A DNA stretch of 64,000 bases from Chlorokybus atmophyticus (Eukaryota > Plantae > Mesostigma and Chlorokybus algae): assembly GCA_009103225.1 (NCBI GenBank), contig RHPI01002504.1, forward strand, positions 124,001 to 188,000, in the 5' to 3' direction. This document shows positions 25,177-44,657 of this stretch, piece by piece; the first letter of the stretch is position 1, and each line of letters begins with the position of its first letter. Made by a program: the position numbers and the translations under genes. The notes under the pieces are model-generated. The model was not told the origin of the DNA, did no database searches, and saw nothing but the letters and a program-made list of their open reading frames with translations.

Positions 25177-28102
25177 ATGGTCCGGGGGGTGATTTCTGCG
25201 GTGGGATGGGTCCCAAGAGGTGCGGCGAAGGCCGTTCCTGAGGTGGTCGAGCCCACAGCGGAGGAGCTTGAGGAGCTGAGGCTTGCCGCCGCGCAGCAGG
25301 AGGCGGCTGGGCCGTCCGGCAGCGACGAGGAGGAGGACGAGGAGGATGTGGAGGAAGAAAGGGGTGAGGAGCTGGAGGACGCTGAAAGGTGCAGCTTCTA
25401 AGCTTAGGCTTGTCAACTACATCCTTTTCTTCGTCGCATGCAGGGAGTCAACCCGCGATTTACTTTGGGAGTCATGGCCTTGTGCATGATGGATTAGCTA
25501 GTACAGTTTGCAGTCATTTTGTGAATGCTTCAGCTGCTCATCAATTGTGTGCTTGGTAACTGCTTGCATGCACACATTGTTGCATGCGGGACATTGTCGT
25601 TCAGCTAGTGGTGTGGTTGTGTTGTGCATGTTTACGTGACCGTATTCTTGCAAGGCTTGCTCACGCACGGTGCTTTACAATAACCCTGCCGCAGGATCAG
25701 TCTTGTGTTTAGCATCACACAGTTCATGATGCTAGATCAAATGCTATTAGGTCAGCAGGCCAGGCGTTGAACTGGACCGTCCTCAGCATAGCACGTTGTT
25801 GTTAACATATGTGTAGTCAGTGTCATTGTCATACTGACATGCCGAGTGCTTTGAAACATGCTGAAGCATGTGAGAACTACAATGTCAGCAGGACAACATA
25901 TGCACAGCTGAGCAAGAATTGCATGTTATGGTTATCCAAGCACTTGCCTCACATCCCAGACAAGGAGGGGTTGCATGCCGCCGTTGTGCATGGCTGTGAG
26001 CAGCCTGATTGTGGTCCATGAAAGCAAGTCAAACCCGCGGGGGTTGTGCATGGCTTTGAGCAGCCTGATTGTGGTCCATAAAAACAAGTCAAATCTGCGG
26101 GGGTCATCGATGGCTGTTGACTGATTAAGATCAATCTGGTCAACAGTGACGAGGATGAGGAGGCTCATGCTAGGCGTGTCGCGGAGTCGTTGCGGGCTTC
26201 TAAGCGGGAGAAACCACCAGAGGAAATGCTTATAGATGAGTTGGCGGAGCTGGACATGGACAATTACGACAATGATGATGACAAACGTGAGCAGCTCATG
26301 CATATCTATGAAGCGGGTCTGATACTGCGAACCTGTGACTTAGTACTCGGTGGCTTTGGTAGAGATAGCAGGCACTAAGTGCTGGTTCGCTGAATTTCCT
26401 GTTGTGATGCGTGCAGCTGTACAGTTATTTCATGCTAGAAGGCCTGGTGACGCTTACTACGCTAGTAACGATGATGATCCATACATAACACTAAAAGAGG
26501 TATACATGATGTTGCTCACATGGGATGCTTGTTAGCACTTGTCAAGTGCCGGTGCATTGCTGTGAACTCTGTGTGGTCATCATCCTGAACTCTGTGTGGT
26601 CATCAGGATGATGACGAGTCTGAACTGGAGGACTTTGTCATCACGGACAGTGACCTCCTACTGCTGTCCTTGCGCTCAGAGGACGAGTACAACTTGTTAG
26701 AGGTAAGATGTCCAGCACTCAGCAAAGTTGCATGCAGCCTTGTGTTCAATATCAGCACTTCAGGTCTGGCTGCGTGAAGACCCGCATGTGACTGGTGATG
26801 AAGGCGGTGAGGGCAATATGTATGTACATCATGACGTCATGTTGTCGGCGTTTCCCTTGTGCATGACGTGGATGGACTGCAATCCAAACGGCGACAAGGC
26901 TCCAGGTTAGCTTCGTGGCACTGCATCACCAGCAGCCACGTTGTTGCATTACCTCTTGAAGTGATCACGAGTTAATCAAAACATGCACCAACCCAGTTTG
27001 TTACAGGAAACTTTGCTGCGGTGGGCACAATGGACCCTGGCATTGAAATATGGGACCTGGACAAGGTATATTACACTTGATGCTTGTGCAGACATGTGCA
27101 CATAGTGCCGTAGTCTGACGTACGTGTTGAAACAGCTTGATGAGGTTGAGCCTGCGGCTGGGTTGGGTGGTGAGTTGAACAAGCCAACAGCCAAGCCCAG
27201 CAAAAAACCAAAGAAGAAGAAGCTGCGCCCAGGAAGCCACAAGGACGCTGTGCTTGCGCTTGCGTGGAATGCAGAATACCGCAATGTGCTTGCAAGCTCA
27301 TCTGCAGATGGCACTGCCAAGGTAGAATTTCCGTTCGGTTTGTTTGCCAACAAATTTGAACCGGTGTGAGCAATGTTTAACAGCTTGTTCGCAGGTGTGG
27401 GACATCACCACTCAGCAGTGCGAGCATACTCTCAAGCATCACACAGATAAGGTCCAAGCAGTAGCGTGGAACCCTCAGGCGCACAGTGTGTTGCTCACAG
27501 GCTCATTTGACAAGACTGCAGCTGTGGTGAGTGTACTGTACTTCACGCATAGCATTGACAACAATGGCACCCTTGCTAGTATGTTGGTGTTACCCGCACA
27601 AGTGACACTGCTTGTATGTGAACAGGTGGACGTGCGCGTGCCCGATCATCCGCCGCTGACATGGCAGGTGTCAGCGGATGTGGAGTGCGTCGCGTGGGAC
27701 CCGCACAATCCGCAGTACTTCCTTGTGAGCACCGAGGACGGTCTCGTGGTTTGCTACGACGTGAGGCATGGGAAAAAGGGTGCCGACACACCCGCAGCAT
27801 TCACCCTGGCTGCGCACAACAAACCCACATGTGCGATGAGCTACAACCCTGCCGCGCCTAGTTTGCTGGCGACCGCTTCAACAGACAAGACGGTCAAGCT
27901 TTGGAGCCTGGATGAGAACAAGCCGTCCTGCCTCGCGTCGCAAGACTTGGGATTGGGTGGCATCTTCTCAATCAGTTGGTGTCGGGATGAGCCTTTCTTG
28001 CTGGCTGCTGGAGGTTCCAAGGGCAAGATGGCTGTTTGGGACACGTTGACGACTGGCGTTGTTGCCAAGAAGTATGCACAGCATGTAAGGAAACAGAGCT
28101 AA
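25177..28102 (+). CDS. PWP1: Periodic tryptophan protein 1 (WD40 repeat, ribosome biogenesis), multi-exon
   Basis: N-terminal ISAVGWVPRGAAK, ELAELDMDNYD, DDDPYITL, VI.DSDLLLL, YVHHDVML.AFPLCM.WMD, GTLDPGIEIWDLD, HKDAVLALAWN, LASSSADGTAKVWD, HTDKVQAVAWN, further WD repeats. TAA at 28100-28102. Confidence 0.95.
25748..26788 (+). repeat. Source copy of a 1041-bp segment duplicated at 31402-32442
   Basis: Same sequence at a constant offset of 5654 bp; the ORF track gives identical peptides for both copies. Confidence 0.95.
25984..26103. repeat. Two-copy ~60-bp tandem repeat in PWP1 intron 1
   Basis: GTTGTGCATGGCT(G/T)TGAGCAGCCTGATTGTGGTCCAT(G/A)AAA(G/A)CAAGTCAAA...GCGGGG occurs twice. Confidence 0.85.
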
Positions 28103-29236
28103 GCATTCAATGGTCTGCAGCACGTGCAGTTACGCATCATGTGTGCAACCGAGTCATGTGCCTTTCGCCTGACTTGCAGTGTTGAGCACCAGCAAAACTA
28201 TCGGAAGCAGTGTGCATGCATGCCTGCATCAGCGAGCAACTGCATGCCCATGCCCATGTGCATGGAGAGATGTCTCTGCTCTGCCACAGGATTAACTTAG
28301 ATTTTGATTGCTGCAAGTACCATTAAAACAGCTTGAGGGCTGGCCCAACGTGCTTGCAGTCTAGTTAACAACCATTATGCAGTATGAGCCTTGTGTATGC
28401 GCCTGTTGTTGCGCCACGAATGGGAACACTCATGGCAGTGCTTGCAAAGCATGCAGCAAACTCTGGAAGGTGGCTGTTAAATATATATAACTAGTACACG
28501 CGACAGAGGTGAGTGTGGTTGTGGTTAAGTGTCCATGCATGTGTCGTGCATGTTGCATACACCACGTGCATATTCTGTACACTGTCCTTCCCATTTGCAA
28601 AGTGTATAGCATCACAACAAAGAACAAAGCAGTCATGCTAGGTTACAAGTTGAAGCAACACGCCAAAGTCACAAGCAATAGCAAACGGGCTGGCCCAAGC
28701 CCCTAACATAGCAAAGAACTTCATCACCATTTGTAGGAGAGCTTGCTCGCCGCAAACACCCCACACTAAACCCTTGTGCCCACCCTGAGGAGGTGATGGA
28801 CCCGCCTTTCAGTGCAGCAGAGTGCCTGCAGCTGCTGTTGAGAACGCTGCTGCTGCCAACAATCTTGCGACTCCGCAGCACTGTACCACTACATCTACCA
28901 GTGACAATAACCGACCACATCCACCTGTGCGCAGATACAGCGACCAGAGCTTATGGGAGTAAGTCACCACTGTGAAGATAGCAACGGTGAGTGGCCCACG
29001 CATTACTGTGCGTGAAGCAGCACTGAGTCAAGCCCTGTGACACTGGCTACATTGTAACCGCGTCCGCATATTGCCTCCTATACACCCTGTACTGGAGATG
29101 TGTTGCAGCACATTCGTAGGCATGCTATGCTACCTAGGCTGGAGAGTACATGGCAGTATGTACAGCTTATGGATTAGCAATATGTACATTGGCACGTGGA
29201 CCAGGTAGAAGGGCTCTATGCTGTCGCAGCACCCAG

Positions 29237-35169
<5,933 letters not shown>

Positions 35170-35487
35170 GGCATCCGCCTCCTCCTCCTTCTCCTGCTCC
35201 TGCTCCTCCTACTCCGCCTCCACGTCCGCCTCCGCCGGTAGCACGAGCCAGTGCCACATTCAATGGCGCCAAGGCCTGTCGCCTGTCAGGCGATCCCGTC
35301 AGACTGGCTACTGGCGTAACTATCCTGTTACGTAAGTGAATATGGCTTGAACCCGCCAGAAGCGTGTCTGGCGTAATCGGTGAATGTTATCAAAGCGTCT
35401 CACGTGACTTGGTTGGCAGTGTTGACACGTGGCGGCAACAGGGATGGCATTCATCGCCGCCGCCACCTCCTCCTCTACCTCCGGCGA

Positions 35488-37518
35488 ATGGAGGCGGCGG
35501 GCATGAGCTGGAGGGAGGAGTGGCGCAGCAGGCGTGCGACGTGTCAAGTGGATGACAGACTGGCTCGGGCGCACAGCTATACGCCTAGCAGGTGTGATGT
35601 CAACAAGTTGCGGTGTGATGAATATGCCAGATGAGTATCAGATGACTGATTTGATTTCAACTGATGCGTTTTATTTGTGTTTTGTTCAGAGACTTGTCAC
35701 CCTTGCGGGGCGATATCAATGCCTGGCGAACTTTACGCATTGCTAGCAGCCTAGGCAGAGGTGGAGCTTTGGGCCACAGCAAAGCGAGCAAGCTGATCGA
35801 AAGTCAACAACCAACAGGGAAATTGGCCACAGGTGTACTTTATGTTGAAACAGCACTCTTGTTACATACGCAAGGTGAGTCTTGTCTGAAATACGTGCAT
35901 CGCCTCACTAGTGGTGATTCATGCAGAGAAGCGAGCATCACTGCTGCAAACATCAAGCATACAAGAGCAGGAGGCGGCTGTGGAGCGTCTCAGAAGACGG
36001 GTAGAGCGCCTGAAAGGTGGGTGTGCACGTGTATTTGTGTTGTATGTGCATGTGCACTGTGTGTGCGTGTATGTGTGCGTGTGCGCGTATGTACATGCGG
36101 GTGTCTGCGGGTGTGAGTGCATGTGTGGTGCACGCATGCGCATCCACCACACATGCAGTCAGACATGCACTCTGTGTAGAAAATATGCAATGCTGTGCAT
36201 GTGACTCACCATTGCACGGCCTATGTGACATATACAAGCACCAGCACAATCAATCATGCTGTGCTTATATTTGTGAGGGAGGCATTGTCTTAATCAGCTG
36301 CACATAACATGTTTGGCCATAGGTGTCACAGGACAACAGAACAACGCCACAACGCAGCATGTGAGGCCAGTATCCGCTCCAAGCGCAATAACCACACCAC
36401 TAAGTGACCGAGTATCGCAAGCCTCGGAGCAGACAATGGTCTTTCCGCCAGAATATCGAGATCAAAGGTGACAAGCGCAGCGTTAGCACTCATGCACTGA
36501 GCCCATGCATTTAACTGCAAAGGGGTCTGTATACCAATACGGTCCCTTTCTGCAGCAGAACTGCCATGGGTAATAGCCCCAGCACCGTCGTTACTGGGGG
36601 CAGCTCCAGGAGGCGGCTGTCTATTGTTGAAGAGGATAAAGCGAGGGTGTCGGAAACAAATGATGTCTCCAACTCTAAAGATCAAAGCCAAGTGACAAGT
36701 ACAGTGGACTCAGCTGCGCTCGCAACCGCATTGCAAGAGCTCCACAAGTTCACGCAAGCCATCAAACAGGTGCACTGCCTTGCTTCCACAGCATTCGTAC
36801 TTTGTTATGGCAGCCACCTGAGCCCAAATGCATTCCTGCAAGGGTATATGTGCAAATGCGCATGTGTAGCAACAGTGTGGGTTTTGGAAGCTGGTACATT
36901 GTGACTAAGAGTTGCATCTGTTGGCAGGCGAGTGTGGCACATGCAGAACTGACAGGTGCTTGCGAATCGGTTGCGGTGGCCTTCACTCGGTTGGCTTCGG
37001 TAAGAAGGTCTTATGGTGCAAGCAGGCCAGTCCCTGATCGACAGCTGAACGCACACACTCGCCAAGTTGGAAGTACTTACCAATGTTACAGTTCAACACT
37101 GCTGTAGAGACTAAAGAACTTCCTGCACATGTTGCAGGAGCTGAAGTCCCAGAAAAGACCATTGTTGAAAGAGGCCACGCAGGCGAGGTGGCAGTCCACA
37201 GTGTCTGCGATCACAGGTAACATGCGCCCGCTTTGTTGCTTGTTCAGCATTGCTGCACTGTTGCAACGGGATTTACTCCGACTCGTTGCAGCAATGACAA
37301 CCTACAACCTGGACCCTTTAAGTGCAGCGCGTAGGTCGTCACCAGCAACGGAAGTGCAGCAACCAATCAAGTTGGATGAAGAGCTGTTGACCAGAAGCGC
37401 ACCAGCAAGGTCTTTCAGCAAGTCTGCTTCCAGGAGAGAGCTGATATCCGATGGGACCTTACAGAAGCACATTGAGAGATACAGATCATCCATAACCAGC
37501 AGAGGGCTGGCCTTCTGA
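35488..37518 (+). CDS. Hypothetical multi-exon protein with coiled-coil segments; no family recognised
   Basis: GT-AG-bounded exon-like blocks: DLSPLRGDINAWRTLRIASSL (~35690), EKRASLLQ...EAAVERLRRRVERLK (35926-36017), MGNSPST...LQELHKFTQAIKQ (~36556-36769), ELKSQKRPLLKEATQARWQS (37138-37217), and a last exon ending GLAF-TGA at 37518. Start and full exon chain are uncertain. Confidence 0.5.
36172..36251 (+). repeat. Dispersed ~80-bp repeat, copy 2 (intronic)
   Basis: Matches the reverse complement of 16977-17056. Confidence 0.8.
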
Positions 37519-37596
37519 CAGCAAACGGACCATCACGCTGTATCTTGTGTAGCCATAGTCTTGTATGAAGCTGTACAGTAGTATTGACAACCGCGC

Positions 37597-40500
37597 TCAA
37601 GGTTTCATCATGCCAGCCTTCGCATTGTGGCTCGGCGCAGCAGGACTGGCCCCTGACTGCATTGGACCCCTGGTTGCTGGGGGAGATTTTGGCCGAAGCG
37701 CCTCAATCTCAGGCGTTGTGCCAACAAGGTGCAAGTCCTTCCCTTGGAAGCACGCTGCATATGCCTATAGAAAGAGGGTATCAAATATATGACACGACTG
37801 ATAGAAGAGGTTCATGCACTGTTGTCACGCACCAATTACACAACAGCAACTTAAACATGAACATGCGCAACAATAGCTGTATGGCTCACATATCCTTGCA
37901 GGAATGTACTGGTAGTTACAGAGGTGATGCATTGTACATCATGCATGGGCACGACCTAAACACGTGCATAGCACACAATGTCATCGATGCACACCTCAGG
38001 GTTAAAACTTGAAGAAGTAAGGCTCTTGCCAAGCGTAATCCAACCCTGTCGGATGTTGTGGTCCTCACCAAACAGCTCAAGCCGCCTTCGCCCTTGTACA
38101 AAGTGCTCAATGATAGAGTAAAGCTCATCTGGTTTTGCCGTGCTACCTGAAAGGACATCAATGAGGACTGCCAAGGACAGTATGAAACTAATCACAGCTG
38201 TTCTTTCAAAGCACACAGCATACCGTATGGAGGTTCTTTGGATATCATTATGTCAGTGTCTATGTTGGCATGAATTAGGTGACCATCTGTAGAGCGCCGC
38301 ACTGTGCCCTTTATACCCATTAAGCAGTGCTCCTTTGTGTGCTGAAGAATGGTTGTTTCATCGTGTATCAGTGTATCACTCATGCGTTCCCTGTCATTAA
38401 CAGAACTGGAAGTCAGATGCTAATTGCGACATAAGCCTGGCTGGCAAAGCCTCTGAGTACAATGCATCTAGACCACATCAGCAGCTCTGACCTGTTGGTT
38501 TTGACCCAGCATATGTCTTCACAACGGCGATATCCCCACTTCCTGAGGCAGTTGCGACCTTTGTCAAGACCCTCTCCATCCCCGACCCACAAGAACAGAA
38601 ATGATGGCGTGTCTGCAATGGCCTCTATGCGCAGCGCTGCAATCTCCTCCCATGTCCATGTCTCTAGCTTCTCGCTGATGCCTGCATGCAACACAAGGTA
38701 AGACTTCACCAGCTTGGCTAGCCTTTGGGCTGAGAAGTGGTTGAAGTTGGATGTCTTCTCACCAGGCGCCCTGCGCGCATATTCCTCCATTGGTGGATCT
38801 ATCAGGACCACATCAAACTTGACTCCACCGAACAAAGCCGGACTGAGCTCGACTTCCTGCCCATCAACTAGTCAATACCAACCCCCATCACTTGTCATTG
38901 TCTATGGGAAGCTGACTCATGCCAAGCATACAATCCTCTTTGTTGACGTATTGAAGGTGCAAAGACAACAATGTCACCTTCAAGTCCAACTGCTTGTACA
39001 TGGCAGGGGTTGAGCGCTCAGCAATGAGAGCATCTTTCCTTGATATCAACTCCTTCAGCTTGGGATACTCCTCAAAGCGATCAACCACATCCACATCCCG
39101 GATGAAGTTCTGAACAGAAACAAGCATCAGCTAAAATGTTTGTATAGCTCATGCACATGGGAAGGTGGCTACCCAACCTGTGGTCTTTGGCCAGTATCCA
39201 CAAAATGTTGCGAGTAATCGTTCTGTTCACCGCGGCTTTGGCCCCTGCCAATGCCTGCGGCTGCAGCTGTAAGCAACACTAACTACATCCTTTGGGCTTG
39301 AATTGGTAACAGAATGTGCACTCACCTGGGGGCATGCCGGGTCTGCCAGGCCCATGCATGAATGGATCCATACCCATGCCCATTCCTGGGCCCATCCCAG
39401 GTGGGTGCATCATTCCCGGGACTATCCCTGGACCAAAACCTGGTTCCATGCCATGGCCGGGACCCATCATGCCAGGACCTGGCATCATTGGGCCTCCCCA
39501 AGGGCCGTCGAACGGCATTGGAAACATCATGTTGGGTCCTGGCATGAATCCTGCAGCAAAAGCAGCTCAACCGGTCATATTAAAAGCAGGCTTATGCCAC
39601 GAACAAGCTGCAAGAGACTTGGTTAGCCATGTACCTCTTCCTCGCCCTCCTTGTCCCATGCCTCTTCCCATAGCACCATTCGGCATGCCTGCATGCAGCC
39701 TTTTGTTATTGACTGAGCAGGGCTGTGTACAAAGGTGAAAACGACAAGATTCACATCACGCAGGCTTCAACTTGCCACTGTGCTTGGTGGGTGCCAAAAC
39801 ACACCTGCTTCCATTGGATGAAAGCCGCGACCTCTCCCTCTGCCCCTCCCTCGCCCAGGTCCTGAAAACTCTGGCCGAAAGCCTGGTGGCGCCATATCCA
39901 TAGGGCCGTGAAAGCCCTCATAACCTTCCGGACCAAAATCTTGTCCAAATGTAGGTGGACTCCTGCCTGCAGTCAGCGACGCATAACTCGACAACGCTCC
40001 GACCCGCATACACCCGTCTCGCAGAGTGATAGCTTTGCGCTTAGAGCAGCAATTGCTTAACATAAACACTGCATCCACTCACCAGAGCCTGGTCTGCCAC
40101 GTCCCCTGGCACGAAGCCGTTCCTACGAACCGGAAAGGCAACTGTCACACACGGAAAACCACGACAAACAGGAGCAGGTGGTGGCTTACTTGCTCGGCCC
40201 AATCTGCATCACCATCGCCTTCTGCAAGTGGTTCAGGCCGTCGCAAGTCCATGCGAGGACGTTCTTGGCGATACACGTCTGGCTCTGCATCTCCCCTTCG
40301 CTCCACCCTGTCAATGAAGTCTCTGTCGTGACGCCGGGCGTCTCGAGGAGGGGTATGGCCCCAGCTTTCCTCACGATCCCGCACATCGTCCTGAGGACTA
40401 TCCACCGTACATCAGTTCCGCTACAGAGTTAGAACCAAGTTTCTTGCTGCGCGCATGTGTGGTCTCACCCGCGTCCATGTTTTGGGCGCCCTTCACGCAT

Positions 40501-42142
40501 ATTCACATCTCTGTTATCCCTGTTGGTATATACATGGGAGTTACACACCATTGTGCAATTTCACTTAGCTACCAAATGTGCAGTACAGCAGGCTGCAGTG
40601 CAGTTGGCAACTTGCCTTCGATCCCTTTCCACAACTCCAGCGCGAACCCGCTCGCCTGGTCGTTCTTTCTCTGCAGCCCGGTCTCTGCTTCGGCCTCTAT
40701 CTCGCTCTCTATCCCTATCCCTATCCCAATCCCTATCCCTATCCCTACCCCTGTCCCTATCCCGATCAGTATCCCTATCCCTATCCCTATCCCTGTTCCT
40801 GTCCCCATCCCTATCCCTATCCCGGTCCTGATACCGAACAGACTCACGTTCCCTTCCCCGCTCCCAACCTGTTAATTTGTCTGGCTGCGCCTCTTTGACT
40901 CGCTCACGCCCATCCCACTCCCTTGTTGGTCTGTCTCTATCTGTCATGCGGTCTCTCGACCTTCCCCGAACCGTGTCCTGCTGCTGTCTGTCAAGTTCAC
41001 GATCCCTGTCGGACAAGCTGTCCGCGCGAGGTGGTGGATTGGATGGCAGTTCATCACGTGGTGCGCGACTGCGGCTGCGGTTTTGCCTAAGAGGTGCCTT
41101 GACACCAGGTGCATTGGTCTCCATTGGCGCCGCCTCGTCCTACACGAGCGCAGGTATACACATGGGTGCGTTTGTGTGTGTATGCGTGTGCGCACGCACA
41201 CGCGCTTGCGTGTATGCATCCGCGTGCGTGGGCATGCGCTTGTACGTTTCTGTACATGTGCTTGTGTGGGTGGGTGCGTATAAGTATGGGTGCATGAGTG
41301 CTTGCGCGAGCGAGAGGGCGCGCGTGTGCATATGTGGGCGAGTGCGCGGCACGCACTAAAATGCATGTGGCTGCAAGTGAGTGCACGTGTGCAAGTTCAT
41401 GCGCGCTTGCATGCCAAACATAAGAACGCACCTGCACTACCGCAGGCCGACGCACGCCCGCCTCACCTCTGCACGACAAACACCATGACATGAGTGACAG
41501 CCATGGCGCTGTGGCAAACTTGCACAGGATGCATTGCCATGCTACGCACTGCAGCTGGGCCTTGTAAGTTAAGAAGCTGCTCAGTGTTTTGCATAGAAGC
41601 ATGGTGAACATGGCAGATCTCAAGCTGCAATGCACAGCAACGACACAGCAGTTGCAGCCACATTTTGATTGCACGCAGGCTCCTGCATGGGACGCAGGCG
41701 GCTGTGATGGCATGACAAGAAAAGTGCGATGACACGACAAGAACACAAACGCTGAACGACTATCTCTCTTACAAAGCCGTGCTTGTGTTCCTTGGCTGCA
41801 CATAATGCTTCACAGGTCCACATGCACACGCGCCAACCTGCATGCGCAACTTCAACAAACTACCGACCTGTTTCGCTTCCAATGTCTACCACCGTCGGAA
41901 TTATTGCTGTCATCTTCGTCCGCATCTTCGACATGATCAGCAACGACGCGCGGTTGCTGCTGCTGTTGCTGTTGCTGCTCATCCGCAGCTCTGTCCTCTT
42001 GGTCTGCCCTGCGAAGTGCCCCGCCCAGAAGAGGACTGCCGCCCTCGCTCGTTCCACTCGACGTGTCACTGCTGGACTCGCTACCACCCCTTGTAGACGG
42101 CCTCCGGGCGCTCATACCGCCCACGCCGCCCACCCCACCCAT
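37597..42142 (-). CDS. MTB: mRNA m6A writer scaffold subunit MTB (METTL14 orthologue), multi-exon, with a long RD-, GPM- and RGG-rich N-terminus
   Basis: [145 protein letters not shown]. Start is ATG 42142 or 42115. Confidence 0.94.
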
Positions 42143-42166
42143 GCCACCGGCAACACCACAACCATG

Positions 42167-42190
42167 CCCTAAACCCAAAACTAAACCCTA
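42167..42190 (+). promoter_or_regulatory. Telo-box-like motifs (CCCTAAACCC...CTAAACCCTA) in the MTB/ERD2-like bidirectional promoter
   Basis: AAACCCTA at 42183-42190 and CCCTAAA at 42167-42173, plus AACCCTAA near 42296. Confidence 0.55.
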
Positions 42191-42437
42191 GTGCAAGCGA
42201 ACGTTAAAGCAGCAGAACATACGTTAAGGCTGATGGGAGATTGCACTTTTAGTTGTAACCATACGTAATGTAGTAACGTGCGCAGACCGCAATCCAACCC
42301 TAAGCTTCAGTTCAAGGGCAGGGTTTTGGGCGTGGGCGTGGGCGTGGGCGGTGGCGGTGGTGGTGTCTGTGGTGCTGGTGTTCAAGGTGTGAGGCTACTT
42401 GGCTTCGAGATGCGGAAGTGGTGAAACGCCCGCTAGC

Positions 42438-44657
42438 ATGGCCTCCGACACTGCCCGGCTGGGGAAAGGCGGGGTGCAGGGGGTGGTGAGATGGCTCAAG
42501 CACCAGCCTCCAAAGACCAAGGTGCAGCGCTGGGTCTGCGTTCTCATCAAATATATAAACACAAGCAACTCTTGTTCAGTTTGTAAAGCTTTGTACATTG
42601 GTGTTTCAGCTGTGCGAAGCAAGATTCATTGTCTCATCCTGCATGACCTCCATACCAAGTTTGGTGACTGTGTCCTGCAATGATAGTGCATCATGCTGAA
42701 CGCAAGTGCAGCTGGCACTTACGGCCGCAAGCCTCCGATATTGCTATCTACTTTTCCTCAATAATGAAACAAGTGTTCAAGAAGTAACGGTTTGTTTGCA
42801 TTAGTCCTCTCAAGCACATTGAGCAGTCTGACGTCGGCACAATGACTTTTGCGCAGTGTTATAAGCACGACGCCGATAAATGACAAAGCACACTATGTTG
42901 ATGCTTGCATGCCGGCATATCGTGTTTGCAATCATCATTGTTTGTCGTGCTTGTTGTGTTATGACATGGTGCGCGGCGTGTTCCATGTTGTTAACAGAGT
43001 ATGTGATACCCATTCTATCGTATGCATGTTGAGTAAGACTTCAACTGTGCCGTGTGCACCATAATCAACTCAGGTTGCTTTCTGATGTTGCAGGGTATAT
43101 TGTCGGCTGTCGCAGCTCTACTTGCCCTTCTGCTCCTGTACCTAATAGTTGAAGACCATGACAACTTGTTTATACTGGCGGAGACTGTGCACGCGCTGGG
43201 TATTACGGTTCTACTCTACAAGTTGATTCGAGAAAAGTCTTGTGCAGGTTGGTTGGTGAAGTATGGTGCTGGGATGAGCAGCACATGTTGCAAGTTTTTC
43301 AGCCTTGTGTTCTCGGTGAACTCTTTACCATGTCATTGAAGGATGAGATTTGCCTGCCTCCTGCATGTAACAGATTGTCCACTTGTGCAGGCTTGTCGCT
43401 GCGCTCGCAAGAGTTGACCGCCATTTTCCTTGGGGTACGATTGTACTGTAGGTGAGTTTCATGTGCACTGCGTGCACAGGTAGCCGCCATGTCTATCCTT
43501 CCTGCTGTGTCTTGGTTTCACAAGGTACCAAGTGCATCACTACGAAAGCAAGCACATGTGAACAGACATTCTGGTTACCCATCAAAGCAAGCCAGGCTGT
43601 TGCGGTCACATTGGAACCGTAGTCCCTTGCATCCAGCATGTGCACCGCTTATTGTACCTGAACAGAATCTTGCAGCCTAGTGTTCTCAGTTGTGAATGGC
43701 CTGGTGGCCACTGTATGTGTGACACATATTGGTGCCTGCAGTTTTGTGATGGAGTACGACATACACACGCTGCTGGATCTGGTCACTCTGGCGGTCACTG
43801 TTTGGGTGATTTACATGATGCGCTTCAAGCTGCAAGCCTCATACGCGGCAGACCTCGACACTCTCCAACTGCCCTACATAGTAAGGCAGCTAGCAAGGCA
43901 CACTGTTTACAAAGTTGTCACATTTGCGTCTGTCAAGTGCGTTGACAGGGTGCACTTGCAGGTAATACCGGCTGCTGTTATGGCACTGGTAATCAACCCC
44001 AACACCAACCATAAATACTTTTATAGGGTAAGCAGCCGCTCTTGCTTTGCTGCATACTGTGTTATGTCTAACTGTACAACGCTTGACAGGTTTTGTGGGC
44101 GTTCTGTGTGTATGTAGAGGCGGTCTCAGTACTGCCTCAATTGCATCTCATGCAGAACACTAAGGTATAGTGCGCTTGCACATTGGAGGTGTCATCATTG
44201 ATGCACACTGTGCAAGCGTTGAACAGTCTTCAAGTCTTGACAGGTGGTTGAGCCCTTTACAGCGCATTACGTGTTCTCACTCGGTGTAGCACGCTTTCTT
44301 TCCTGTGCACACTGGGTCCTACAGGTCAGGACTGTGGGTGGCTGTGCTAGTCAACACTGACTTGAGAAATGTGTATCTTCGTTGTTGACACATGTGTTTT
44401 GCAGGTGATAGATGGCAACTCGTTTTTGATGAGCATGCTGGGGTCCGGTCTTTGGCCTTCTGTGGTGCTTCTGTCTGAAGTGGTTCAGACATTCATCCTG
44501 GCAGACTTCTGCTACTATTACATAAAAAGGTCAGGCCGCATTTGTCATGCACATGTCATGTGATGCCAGTGCTTGCTTGCCTGATGTGTTTCTGGTGATA
44601 TTTGGCAGCATGATGGCCGGTTCATCTGTTGTGCGGCTACCAGCAGGCGTGGTTTGA
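42438..44657 (+). CDS. ERD2-related (KDEL/HDEL receptor-like, long plant type) protein, multi-exon
   Basis: WLKHQPPKTK, DHDNLFILAETVHALGI.VLLYKL..EKSCAGLSL.SQELTAIFL.VRLYCSFVMEYDIHTLLD, WAFCVYVEAVSVLPQL, GSGLWPSVVLLSEVVQTFILADFCYYYIK, last exon VVRLPAGVV-TGA (44655-44657). Confidence 0.93.
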
